From: a virus
DNA: 53,137 nucleotides
IMG/VR virus record: IMGVR_UViG_3300006226_000002
Strand: one strand, 5' to 3'
Each line of letters begins with the position of its first letter. Within the stretch, counting starts at the first letter, position 1. Below are positions 43,728 through 52,456 of the stretch, one piece after another. The position numbers were made by a program, and so were the translations under genes. The notes under the pieces are model-generated. The model saw nothing but the letters and a program-made list of their open reading frames with translations, did no database searches and was not told the DNA's origin.

Positions 43728-44810
43728 ATGGCTCTTACATTCGGTTTCTACAACTCCATCAATGAAGACAGACGCTACGACGCTATTCAAATGTCAAGCA
43801 TATTTGATGGGATCATCAGAGATGGCATATTCATGCATGTCGGTACATCAATGATGGTTCGAGCTAGTAGCGGAATGATTGTAACTATAGGGCTTGGTCG
43901 GGCATGGTTTGATCACACATGGACTCTGAACGATGCATTATATCCCGTGACAATTGATCAATCAGAAGTAGTTCAAGATCGAATAGATACCATTGTATTA
44001 GAAGTTAATGCCACATTGCCAATCCGAGCCAATTCGTACAAGGTAATTAAAGGGACTCCATCAATTAGTCCAGTAAGACCGACATTGATTAAATCACCAT
44101 TGGTTAATCAATACCCTCTTTGCGACATTCGTGTCAACAGAGGAGTAACCGTCATCAACCAAGCCAACATCACGAATCGTGTTGGTACATCAGACTGTCC
44201 ATTTGTCACGGGACCTCTTGAGCTGATGAACATTGATGCTCTAGTGGCGCAATGGGGTGATGAATGGCGACACTTTTACGGTGCTCAAACGGCGTATATT
44301 ACAAACACGACTGCTGAGCTTTTAGCCGCATGGCATGCGTTTTATGCGGAACAAACATCTGAAATAACTGGCGCTAATGAACTGTGGAGAGCTCAATGGG
44401 AGTCCTGGTTCAACTCAGAGACCGGTACTGCTACGGCTGAGATGGCTTTCTGGCGAAATGATCGTGAAGCAACGTTCAATGCATGGTTCGCGGCTCTACA
44501 ATCCATGCTGGATGGCAATGTTGAAGCCAACATGGCTGCGGCGATCTTAGAGCTTCAAAATAGGACCAGTTTGCTTGAGGCATTTAAGGATACTTTGAGT
44601 AATGAATTTGCAGTAGTACATAATGTCGATGATGCTGCTGGTAATGCCATTGTTGATGAGTTAGGTAGGCCATTAGAAGGTAGGATTATCTTCTGCATCA
44701 AACCGTGCAGAGCAGAAACGCAAATGTTCCCTGTCAAAGACGATAGGAGTCGTAGAATTCTTGACAATTTCAGCAACCCAATACAAGGCAGAGTCTATCA
44801 AGCAATCTAA
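43728..44810 (+). CDS. Tail fibre / baseplate upper protein-like
   Basis: Position plus an N-terminus common to Firmicutes phage fibre proteins. Confidence 0.4.
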   Translation: MALTFGFYNSINEDRRYDAIQMSSIFDGIIRDGIFMHVGTSMMVRASSGMIVTIGLGRAWFDHTWTLNDALYPVTIDQSEVVQDRIDTIVLEVNATLPIRANSYKVIKGTPSISPVRPTLIKSPLVNQYPLCDIRVNRGVTVINQANITNRVGTSDCPFVTGPLELMNIDALVAQWGDEWRHFYGAQTAYITNTTAELLAAWHAFYAEQTSEITGANELWRAQWESWFNSETGTATAEMAFWRNDREATFNAWFAALQSMLDGNVEANMAAAILELQNRTSLLEAFKDTLSNEFAVVHNVDDAAGNAIVDELGRPLEGRIIFCIKPCRAETQMFPVKDDRSRRILDNFSNPIQGRVYQAI

Positions 44811-44838
44811 TTTACATGTAATAAAGGGAGGATAAATT

Positions 44839-45678
44839 ATGCGAATTCAAGATTATCCAAGAGTGCAAGTTCTTGATCCGAACAACATCTTTATTATTGA
44901 TGGTCCGGACGGAACAAAAAGCGTTACCTTCAACGACTTGCAAAGAGCATTGAATCCAGAGGTTGCGGCCGCGATAACGGTTGAAATGCATCGCAACACA
45001 TTTAGGGGTAAACATCTCGGGACTGTTGTGTCGACCCTTCAGCGAAATAACATTATTAATGGTACCTTCGAAGATCTATTTGTTGGCGATTATTGGGTTA
45101 TTGGTGGAATAACCTGGCGAATTGTAGACATCAACTACTGGAAAGGTTGCGGCGATACGGAATTCACAGACAACCATCTTGTAATTATGCCTGACGATCA
45201 GCTTTACGCGGCACAGATGAACGCCACAAACATCACAACCGGAGGGTATCCTGGCTCAGCTATGCGGACTGCTAATCTTGCTGCGGCAAGGACGACGATC
45301 CAATCGGCATTCGGTTCCATGCTTAAGACAAAGCGTGCGCTATTTGAGAACGCGGTTACGAACGGAAGACCTTCTGCCGGCGCCTGGGTTGATTCAGACA
45401 TCGATTTACCGAATGAAATCAATATGTATGGAAGCTTCATATTTAGACCCGCAAACGATGGAACAACAATTCCTTATAATTACACCATCGACAAGTCACA
45501 GTTTGCCTTAATGAAACTTGTACCAAGGTTTATCATTACAAGCCCGACAAGGCGTAGCTGGTGGTTAAGGGATGTCGTTTCGGCTGCGTATTTCGCCTAT
45601 GTGCATAGCCTTGGTCATGCGGCTTACGCCGGTGCCTCGACCTCCATTGGAGTCCGTCCTTGCTTTGCTATTGGTTAA
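44839..45678 (+). CDS. DGR variable tail-fibre/receptor-binding protein (C-type-lectin-fold-like); contains VR1
   Basis: The 3' end matches the TR with A-only mismatches. Ends ..WWLRD..GASTSIGVRPCFAIG. Confidence 0.85.
   Translation: MRIQDYPRVQVLDPNNIFIIDGPDGTKSVTFNDLQRALNPEVAAAITVEMHRNTFRGKHLGTVVSTLQRNNIINGTFEDLFVGDYWVIGGITWRIVDINYWKGCGDTEFTDNHLVIMPDDQLYAAQMNATNITTGGYPGSAMRTANLAAARTTIQSAFGSMLKTKRALFENAVTNGRPSAGAWVDSDIDLPNEINMYGSFIFRPANDGTTIPYNYTIDKSQFALMKLVPRFIITSPTRRSWWLRDVVSAAYFAYVHSLGHAAYAGASTSIGVRPCFAIG
45579..45669 (+). repeat. DGR variable repeat 1 (VR1)
   Basis: 91-nt gap-free alignment to TR 46720-46810. All 19 mismatches are at TR adenines. Confidence 0.9.
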
Positions 45679-45681
45679 TCT

Positions 45682-45698
45682 GCGGAGCTTGTCTCCGC
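45682..45698 (+). promoter_or_regulatory. GC hairpin GCGGAG-CTTGT-CTCCGC, 13 nt downstream of VR1
   Basis: 6-bp GC-rich stem with no following T-run. Its position is analogous to DGR target-recognition hairpins. Confidence 0.45.
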
Positions 45699-45759
45699 GA
45701 AAACAAGAAAATTCCCCGGGTGAGATTTTTGGGAAAACAATTTGAAAGGAGATTTCTCG

Positions 45760-46068
45760 ATGGAAAGAAATCATAGCATTACCTTGGCCAACGGAACTGT
45801 TATCGGCAATCTTGGACTTAACGGAAGCAACTATATTTCCGATACCGAAGTCAATCCGGCTATTTTTAGCAAAAAAAACTGCTCGCCGATAGTCTTCAAT
45901 GATGGCGCAACAAATGAGGAGCATCCTCACATGGAGCTTGTCCACATCTTGAAAAATGAGGATGAATGGTGGATCGCGCTTCGTGATATTCCGGCGCCTG
46001 AAATCGCCGAACAAAAACTTCGAGCTGACGTCGATTACATCGCAATGATGACCGATGTCGATCTGTAA
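45760..46068 (+). CDS. Hypothetical tail-associated protein
   Basis: ATG 45760 follows GAAAGGAGA. Confidence 0.5.
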   Translation: MERNHSITLANGTVIGNLGLNGSNYISDTEVNPAIFSKKNCSPIVFNDGATNEEHPHMELVHILKNEDEWWIALRDIPAPEIAEQKLRADVDYIAMMTDVDL

Positions 46069-46083
46069 AGAAGGAGGTAAATC

Positions 46084-46221
46084 ATGAGCGATAGGTATGA
46101 ACTCGTAAAAGGCTACTATGACGATGGTCTTTGGACCGAAGCACAGGTTCGCAACGCCGTCGTAAAAGGATGGATTACGGAAGAGGAGTTTAAAACGATA
46201 ACCGGAAATACATATAGATGA
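46084..46221 (+). CDS. XkdX-family small protein (45 aa, below the ORF-track cutoff)
   Basis: YELVKGYYDDGLWTEAQVRNAVVKGWITEEEFKTITG matches the XkdX pattern. AGGAGG RBS. Confidence 0.6.
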   Translation: MSDRYELVKGYYDDGLWTEAQVRNAVVKGWITEEEFKTITGNTYR

Positions 46222-46712
46222 GTGTTATCGCAAGTAAACGGAATCCTTCAAGATTCGAACCGATTAAACATGCGGTTGACTTGAGGGTTCTATTAACAGC
46301 TCTCCTTGTCCGTAATTTTGGAATCAAAGACCTCGAACATGTAGTCAGAATTAAGTATGCTTTTGGTAAGGATCGAAAAGAAGACTTGCCAAAGTACATA
46401 TTTATCATGGCTAGTTGTAAAAACAGGATTGACATGTTGGCAAGCCATATCGAAGCTAATGTAAGAGCGGCCAACACAATATATCCTGTTTCAATTGGCG
46501 AATGTGATCAGAGAAGAGAGTTTCAGAATGTCGCGATTGTAAATTGCGAACAACTGATATCTGAGCTGCAGTACATCGTTAACATGTTTTGGGTCGATAT
46601 AAACGACTATCGTCAATACGTTGAGGCGATAGACCAGCAAATTGCCCTCATCAAAAAGTGGAGACAATCTGATAATAGGATACGCAAGAAGTTACTTAAG
46701 GGCGGCATCTGA
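46218..46712 (+). CDS. avd: DGR accessory variability determinant (Avd-like helical basic protein)
   Basis: Sits immediately 5' of the TR. ATGA overlap with the XkdX gene. Basic C-terminus KKWRQSDNRIRKKL. Confidence 0.6.
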   Translation: MSVIASKRNPSRFEPIKHAVDLRVLLTALLVRNFGIKDLEHVVRIKYAFGKDRKEDLPKYIFIMASCKNRIDMLASHIEANVRAANTIYPVSIGECDQRREFQNVAIVNCEQLISELQYIVNMFWVDINDYRQYVEAIDQQIALIKKWRQSDNRIRKKLLKGGI

Positions 46713-46719
46713 GTGTGCG

Positions 46720-46810
46720 TTCGGCTACGAATTTCGCCAATGTGAATAACAATGGTAATGCGAATAACAACAGTGCCTCGAACTCCAATGGAGTCCGTAC
46801 TTGATTAGCT
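46720..46810 (+). repeat. DGR template repeat (TR)
   Basis: 28 adenines by my count. Read in the VR frame it encodes SATNFANVNNNGNANNNSASNSNGVRT, with 11 AAY codons. Confidence 0.9.
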
Positions 46811-46922
46811 CTATTACAAATAGGGATAAGGAGATGCCGTCCTTTCCTGCTTTTAGCAAGGATAAATAACAAAGCCGATGCGATTTACTACGGTAACTAT
46901 TGCTATTACGGTGAATAATTTT

Positions 46923-48146
46923 ATGAATTATAAAGCGATGATCTGTGACGCAAACCATTTGCACGATGCATATTTAAAGTCTATACAAAACAGCAAATGG
47001 AAGGAAACGACGCAGAAGTTTATTTTGAACCATCTGCGTCAAATATTTATGTTGCAACAGGAGCTTGAGGAAATGACTTACGAACCTGGGCAAGAAGGGG
47101 CTTTCACTCTTCGTGAGAGGGGCAAAATACGTCCAATCACAAGCCTTCAACCACGAGATAGAATAGTGAGGCATGTTTTATGCGATTATGTTCTTATGCC
47201 TGAAGTAAAGAAGAAGTTGATTTATGACAACGGGTCGTCTCTTCAAGGCAAAGGAATTTCTTTCGCAAATAAGCGTTTCAAGGCACATCTCAGAAAATAT
47301 TTTATGGCGAATGGTACGAATCAAGGCTATATTTTGTTTGGTGATTTCAGCAAGTTCTATGACAACATCCGACATGATATAGCCAAAAACCAAATGTTAG
47401 AACTGGTCGATTATGATCCCTACATCGGTTGGCTTCTTGATCTCATATTTGACAACTTTGAAATTGATGTGTCATACATGTCGGATGAAGAATTTGATGC
47501 CTGCCTTAATAGGAAGTTCGACAAACTTGAGTACCGTGAAATTGATAATGAGAAACTTACTAAAGAAAAATTCATGGAGAAGTCGGTTAATATCGGCGAT
47601 CAAATCTCACAGGCCATAGGCGTCTTATATCCAACTCGGATTGACAACTATGTTAAAACTGTTAGGAGTCAGAAATATTACGGACGTTACATGGATGACT
47701 GGTATCTAATGAGCGCTTCCAAAGAAGAACTCGAAGATATTTACGAGGGTATTAAACTCATTGCCGCTGATCTTGGCATTTTCATTAATGAAAAGAAGAC
47801 ACATATAGTCAAGATGAGCGATACATATAAATATTTACAAATCAAATACTCGTTGACTGAAACCGGAAAAATCATTGAGAGAATAAATCCAAAGCGCATT
47901 ACAATGCTAAGAAGAAAACTCAAAAAACTTAAACCTCAGATCGACGATGGAACAATAGATTACGAAAATGTTGAAGGTATGTTTCGTGGTTGGATGGGTA
48001 GTTATTACAAACTCATGTCTAACGATCAGAGACATGGTCTTCTAACTCTTTTCGAAGAGCTTTATTCAAAAACCATTAAGGTAGTCCAAGGTAAACTTGT
48101 TATCACCGATAAATCTCAAGTGGATTTATCATCAGAGAGACGATAA
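46923..48146 (+). CDS. DGR reverse transcriptase
   Basis: YMDD at 47688-47699 and IGDQISQ at 47592-47612 ([LIV]GxxxSQ signature). The ATG 46923 start is preferred over 46878. Confidence 0.85.
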   Translation: MNYKAMICDANHLHDAYLKSIQNSKWKETTQKFILNHLRQIFMLQQELEEMTYEPGQEGAFTLRERGKIRPITSLQPRDRIVRHVLCDYVLMPEVKKKLIYDNGSSLQGKGISFANKRFKAHLRKYFMANGTNQGYILFGDFSKFYDNIRHDIAKNQMLELVDYDPYIGWLLDLIFDNFEIDVSYMSDEEFDACLNRKFDKLEYREIDNEKLTKEKFMEKSVNIGDQISQAIGVLYPTRIDNYVKTVRSQKYYGRYMDDWYLMSASKEELEDIYEGIKLIAADLGIFINEKKTHIVKMSDTYKYLQIKYSLTETGKIIERINPKRITMLRRKLKKLKPQIDDGTIDYENVEGMFRGWMGSYYKLMSNDQRHGLLTLFEELYSKTIKVVQGKLVITDKSQVDLSSERR

Positions 48147-48218
48147 CGCTTGGAAGCCCGGTGCGTACAGTTGAAGTTAGCATAATTCTCCGTCATATTT
48201 ATAAGGAGGGCTTCGTAA

Positions 48219-48557
48219 ATGGTATCAATGGAAATTTGGCAGTATATTATAACAATTGTCACAGCCGTTATGGCTTCTAGCGGATTCTGGGCAATTATAC
48301 AAAAGCGCATGGACCGCAAAGATGACAAGACAAAGCTTCTTCTAGGTATATGCCATGATAGGATATTCTACCTTGGTATGTTGTACATCGAAAGAGGCTA
48401 CGTAACCCGTGACGAGCTTACAAATATTCAGAAGTATCTCTCTGGACCGTATTTCAAGCTTGGGGGAAATGGAGCGGTTAAGCGAGTAATGGAAGATGTC
48501 GAGAAGCTACCTATACGCCATATGAAAGATTTAGTTTACAAGGAGGTGAAACAATGA
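48219..48557 (+). CDS. Membrane protein with one N-terminal TM helix (holin-like or lysis accessory)
   Basis: AAGGAGGG RBS. Contains IITIVTAVMASSGFWAII. Confidence 0.35.
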   Translation: MVSMEIWQYIITIVTAVMASSGFWAIIQKRMDRKDDKTKLLLGICHDRIFYLGMLYIERGYVTRDELTNIQKYLSGPYFKLGGNGAVKRVMEDVEKLPIRHMKDLVYKEVKQ

Positions 48558-48841
48558 GTGAATTCTTTACATGGGTCACGTTAGCCACATTTGGAGGGGC
48601 AAGTATTGGTACGGCTATTATTACGCAGTTTATCAAGGAATGGTCATTTATTAACAGAATACCTACCCAGATTTTGTCATACTTTATCGCACTTATTATT
48701 TTGCTAGGAGCGAATTACGCAATTGGAGCTATTTCTGGATGGGCTGAATTTGGTATTATTCCTCTCAACGCTATTCTAGTTTCACTAGCTGCTAATGGTG
48801 AGTTTGCGGCAGTGAAGAGATTATTTCGACCGATAAAATGA
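48554..48841 (+). CDS. Holin, putative (multi-TM)
   Basis: Three hydrophobic segments and a basic C-terminus. ATGA overlap with the upstream ORF. Confidence 0.5.
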   Translation: MSEFFTWVTLATFGGASIGTAIITQFIKEWSFINRIPTQILSYFIALIILLGANYAIGAISGWAEFGIIPLNAILVSLAANGEFAAVKRLFRPIK

Positions 48842-48869
48842 TATATACTTTGCAAAGGAGATGTTATCA

Positions 48870-49121
48870 ATGTATAATATGGATGCGACGAATCTTATTT
48901 ATCAAAATGTTGCGGGCGAAGCTGATGCAATGGCAGGCTATGAGGAACTAAAGAAGGTTTTAGACGAAGATGACGTTAAGATAGTTGATGGTATTATTGC
49001 TGAGGAAACAAAACATTCTTTATTACTTCTTGCTATGGCCAAGAGGTATAATAATGTTACGGCTGACAATGATGGTTCAAAGGAAGCCCTTAATGAATTA
49101 TCAAACGGAGTGCAATCGTAA
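48870..49121 (+). CDS. Small helical protein (ferritin/rubrerythrin-like motif E..AI.GY..EE.KH)
   Basis: ATG 48870 lies 9 nt after AAAGGAG. Confidence 0.35.
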   Translation: MYNMDATNLIYQNVAGEADAMAGYEELKKVLDEDDVKIVDGIIAEETKHSLLLLAMAKRYNNVTADNDGSKEALNELSNGVQS

Positions 49122-49371
49122 GCAGTAAAACACGGCGAATAAAAGTGTAGAAATGTTATTTGCTTCTCGACTATTCCTACACATTAGAACTTAAACGTTG
49201 ATATTTCGAAGTTTTGTGTTTCTATTATAGAAACATCCTTGAATATCAATGACATCTAAATACTGTTAAATCAAGGTTTTTAGTGGCGGTTAGGAGTGGC
49301 TTAAAGTAGGAAAATGTATGTAAATCATATATTATTCCTACACCACTCCTATATCGCTATTCCTACACAGA
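49122..49371. promoter_or_regulatory. Putative attP / integrase arm-site region
   Basis: TCCTACAC-type sites at 49145 (reverse-complement variant), 49175, 49336 and 49361. A 17-bp palindrome GTTTCTAT-T-ATAGAAAC at 49218-49234. Confidence 0.45.
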
Positions 49372-50604
49372 CTATAATATTTTTTCGATTTCTTCTTTGA
49401 GCCATTGAAACTCTCTTTGCGTGTAAACTTTCTCCGTGATGTCCGAAATCTTATGACCAACGAGATATTTGATTGCGTATTCATCAATCTTATATTTCTT
49501 AGCCATTGTTACGAAATGCTTGCGCCCGTCGTGTGGTCTATGATCTGGATTCAGTTTAAGCTCATCTCGGATTCTGCTAAATCCTTTTTGATATCGTCCG
49601 TAAGTTAACATGATGTTTTTTCTTCTATTATCGGGGTCAACATAATTAAGCAGATAATCACTTTCAAGTCGCTTTGCCTCTTCATATTTTCGGATTACTA
49701 AGGATTGTATTCTTGAATGAATCGGAACTATCCGATCTTCTCCAGCATCGGTCTTCATTCCACCCCTAAACGTCATATTTTCAAGATCAACATTTTTGAG
49801 TTCAATCAATCCGAGTTCCTGAGGTCTCCATCCAGAATAGCACTGTATGAGTAAAACATCAACACATATTTTATCATTAACATGCTTCCATAGCAGTTGC
49901 ATCTCTTCTTCCGTAAATGGGATATGTTCTTTCTTCACAGTGATAATTTCTTTGATGACGTCTTCTGAGAGATTGAAACTCCTCGAGTAATTCCGATCCA
50001 CAAGCTCATATTCCAAGGCATAGTCAAGCATGAGGTTGAACAGGGATTTGATTTTATTTTTCGTGGAGGCGCTGGGATTCTGTGTCTTTCCTTTGATAAA
50101 AGCGACACCCTCTTCCATGCAGCCCTTCACATGGCGAGCTCGTATATCCATAACTCTCATGTCGTATACAGACGAGCAATAGATCCATGCTGACTTAACT
50201 CCTCTTCCCTCATCTGACAAAGTACTAAAGTATTCGTCCGTCCACTTCTCATAGAGCTCTTTTACCGTGATGGAGGGCTCCAGGTCATACGGGTTTTTGT
50301 TATATTCCACCAGAGCGGTGTAGGCATCATTATACGTGGGAAAATACGATTCAGGTTTAAGAGGCTTGCAAATAGGCCTACCAGTAGAAGTCTTACCGAC
50401 CGTAACCATTGCCCGAAAGGGGTTTCTAAGGTTACGGTTTTTAATTTCGCTTATTTGACCGAATCCATTTGGTAAACGTCTACGCTTGTTTGATTGTCGA
50501 AGCTTTCTTGGTTTCGCGTTTGGTTGAATCGGATATCCGCAGTGAGGACAAGATATTGCCTTATCACTTGCTTGTAGCTCACACTCCGGGCATTTTATTA
50601 ACAT
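49372..50604 (-). CDS. int: Tyrosine integrase with an N-terminal zinc ribbon
   Basis: CPEC..CPHC N-terminus. SGWRPQEL, HDGRKHF (HxxR) and LVGH...VYTQ catalytic pattern. Confidence 0.8.
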   Translation of the reverse strand: MLIKCPECELQASDKAISCPHCGYPIQPNAKPRKLRQSNKRRRLPNGFGQISEIKNRNLRNPFRAMVTVGKTSTGRPICKPLKPESYFPTYNDAYTALVEYNKNPYDLEPSITVKELYEKWTDEYFSTLSDEGRGVKSAWIYCSSVYDMRVMDIRARHVKGCMEEGVAFIKGKTQNPSASTKNKIKSLFNLMLDYALEYELVDRNYSRSFNLSEDVIKEIITVKKEHIPFTEEEMQLLWKHVNDKICVDVLLIQCYSGWRPQELGLIELKNVDLENMTFRGGMKTDAGEDRIVPIHSRIQSLVIRKYEEAKRLESDYLLNYVDPDNRRKNIMLTYGRYQKGFSRIRDELKLNPDHRPHDGRKHFVTMAKKYKIDEYAIKYLVGHKISDITEKVYTQREFQWLKEEIEKIL

Positions 50605-50730
50605 AGTACTTCCCTTCCTATTGATTTATCATTAATAATCATATATTATAGTGTAGGAATTGTCAACTCCTACACTTATTTTTGTCTGTTTTTAACCTAG
50701 ATTAAATAGACACCTATAGAGGGGCAGCAT
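50605..50730. promoter_or_regulatory. Divergent control region with inverted TCCTACAC sites
   Basis: GTGTAGGA at 50651-50658 and TCCTACAC at 50668-50675, between int (-) and the 50731 gene (+). Confidence 0.45.
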
Positions 50731-51051
50731 ATGGTTACTAATAATATATCAACTTGTCCAGAATGTGGAGGGCATTTAAAGCATTATGATAAGGTTCGAA
50801 GAATTATAAGAACGAAAGGGCGAAAAACTCAATGGGTTAAGATACGCAGATTGCAATGTTCAAATTGTGGTGTTTTACATAGGGAACTCCCCGATTACAT
50901 ATTTCCATACAAGCAATATGAGGTTGAGATTATTCGAGGCGTGTTAGAAGAACTTATAACCTCCGATACCTTAGGCTATGAAGACTATCCTTGTGAGATG
51001 ACCATGATTAGATGGAGGGCGCAGAAAATACAACTCTTTTTAAGAGGTTAA
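50731..51051 (+). CDS. Zinc-ribbon protein (DUF6431-like)
   Basis: CPECGG...RRLQCSNCGVLHRELPD.I.PYKQY. Confidence 0.45.
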   Translation: MVTNNISTCPECGGHLKHYDKVRRIIRTKGRKTQWVKIRRLQCSNCGVLHRELPDYIFPYKQYEVEIIRGVLEELITSDTLGYEDYPCEMTMIRWRAQKIQLFLRG

Positions 51052-51161
51052 AAATGGAGCTTTAGATAGGTTTTTCCTTTTTATGACATTTTTCCACTTA
51101 GGTTGTTTTCACAAATAGCAGTTATTAACCTAGAATTGCCTCTGAAAGGAGGCAGAAGTAA

Positions 51162-51443
51162 ATGGATGAGAATAACTTCGCCAAAGGTTCCGTACCAGTT
51201 TCAGTAGCAGCCAGAGTATATGGTAAAGACGCATCGTGGATCCGTGCCGGCATTATTGCCGGTTGGCTGCCGATCGGAAAGGCTACTAGAAACGGGCAGC
51301 TCGTAACAAGCGTCGAGGATATCAACTCGAAGTACGGACGTATCAATTTTTATATTTCACCAAAACTTCTATGGGAAGAAACTGGCTATTTGTGGAAGGG
51401 GGAAAATGCTGATGGGAACAGTAATACGTTCGGAGGTATCTGA
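51162..51443 (+). CDS. HTH DNA-binding protein (excisionase-like), putative
   Basis: PVSVAARVYGKDASWIRAGIIAGWLP resembles Xis/MerR-type HTH domains. Confidence 0.35.
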   Translation: MDENNFAKGSVPVSVAARVYGKDASWIRAGIIAGWLPIGKATRNGQLVTSVEDINSKYGRINFYISPKLLWEETGYLWKGENADGNSNTFGGI

Positions 51444-51831
51444 GAAGAACCAATACTGGATAGAGAAGCATCGATACTACGAGCTTAAACATTTCTGCTT
51501 GCAGTATCCAATATGGAAAAAGGCGTACGCTGCCTTGGATGGTCTAAGCAAGAGACCTGTCGGTTTAGCCGCATTTTCCAAAACAAATTCCGTTAGCGAC
51601 TCAACGGCTAAATGCGCCGAAGCAAAAATATTTTATTCTGAGCGCCTGGATATGATCGAACGAGCGGCAGCGGATACCGATCCGGACCTATCTGGTTATA
51701 TTTTAAAAGGCGTTACGGAGGGGGTTTCATATGATTATTTGAAAGCTAGATTAGAAATTCCATGTTGTAAGGACGTTTATTACAAACTGTACAGACGATT
51801 TTTCTGGCTGCTGAATAAGGCGAGGCAATGA
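51406..51831 (+). CDS. Putative transcriptional regulator (sigma region-4 / ArpU-RinA-like)
   Basis: Size, position and the YELKHFCLQYPIWKK-type N-terminus. Weak recollection only. Confidence 0.3.
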   Translation: MLMGTVIRSEVSEKNQYWIEKHRYYELKHFCLQYPIWKKAYAALDGLSKRPVGLAAFSKTNSVSDSTAKCAEAKIFYSERLDMIERAAADTDPDLSGYILKGVTEGVSYDYLKARLEIPCCKDVYYKLYRRFFWLLNKARQ

Positions 51832-51832
51832 T

Positions 51833-52042
51833 ATGAGGATAATAGATAAGGCTGTTCGTAAGGTATATCGATTTAATTGTCCGAATTGCGCCAGCAAACT
51901 TGAAGCGGAAAGCCAGGAGCTCGTAGACATCGGTAATAAGGTCAGTAAGTTTTATTGCCCGGTCTGTAGAAAAGAGCGATACATAAGCTGGTCATTTCTT
52001 CGCAAGAAAACAATCTATGAGGAAGACATCAAGTCCGAATAG
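51833..52042 (+). CDS. Zinc-ribbon protein
   Basis: CPNC...CPVC. Confidence 0.45.
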   Translation: MRIIDKAVRKVYRFNCPNCASKLEAESQELVDIGNKVSKFYCPVCRKERYISWSFLRKKTIYEEDIKSE

Positions 52043-52058
52043 AACCCGTAGACATATA

Positions 52059-52086
52059 AAGGAGTCTAACCTAGCTTAGGCTCTTT
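52059..52086 (+). terminator. Hairpin terminator
   Basis: GAGTCTAA/TTAGGCTC stem (one G-U pair), a 6-nt loop and a T-run. Confidence 0.45.
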
Positions 52087-52130
52087 TATAATTCTCCGTA
52101 CACAGGTTACGTAAATCTGTGATATTTTGA
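52081..52130 (+). promoter_or_regulatory. TATAAT plus conserved hairpin/operator element, copy 2 (CACAG-GTTACGTAAAT-CTGTG)
   Basis: TATAAT at 52087-52092. The stem carries a compensatory G>A / C>T pair relative to copy 1. Confidence 0.5.
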
Positions 52131-52223
52131 TATTGTGAGAATCCGGGAAAACTTTACAATTTCTTGACTTGGCGCAGGTAATCCTATAAAATATAGGATA
52201 GCTATGTTAAGGAGTGGACAATT

Positions 52224-52424
52224 ATGAGTGGCGACTATGTAATTTGCGATACATGCGGAGCAATGCTATACGAGAAGGATGATCCAGTAGCTTTAGCGAG
52301 TGGAGAAACTGCTTGCCAGCCTTGTTGGAATGCGATGGATCACAATGATATTCCAGAAGGTTGTAGAGCTTGTGGAGGTCCATTTCCTCAATGTACAACG
52401 TCGTGTAAAGTATTTAATGATTGA
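52224..52424 (+). CDS. Small Cys-rich protein
   Basis: AAGGAG RBS. CDTC..C.PC..C.AC..C..C. Confidence 0.45.
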   Translation: MSGDYVICDTCGAMLYEKDDPVALASGETACQPCWNAMDHNDIPEGCRACGGPFPQCTTSCKVFND

Positions 52425-52456
52425 ATAAACGAATAGCTATGAGGGAGGTTTTTACT

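Larger units (their letters stand above)
44839..48146 (+). mobile_element. Diversity-generating retroelement cassette (target/VR1, two small tail genes, avd, TR, RT)
   Basis: TR/VR adenine-specific mismatches, an Avd-like ORF, and an RT with YMDD and IGDQISQ. Confidence 0.9.

Noticed and set aside
46725-46964. Minus-strand 79-aa ORF covering the TR and spacer.
   Set aside because: It overlaps the non-coding DGR template/spacer region and the RT start, has no RBS, and is explained by the A-rich TR sequence.
46878-48146. The reverse transcriptase as a retron, group II intron or Abi-type defence RT.
   Set aside because: A TR with two A-mutated VRs, an upstream Avd-like ORF and the IGxxxSQ motif all point to a DGR. 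I saw no intron RNA domains (no domain V-like hairpin) and no msr/msd-like inverted repeats next to it.
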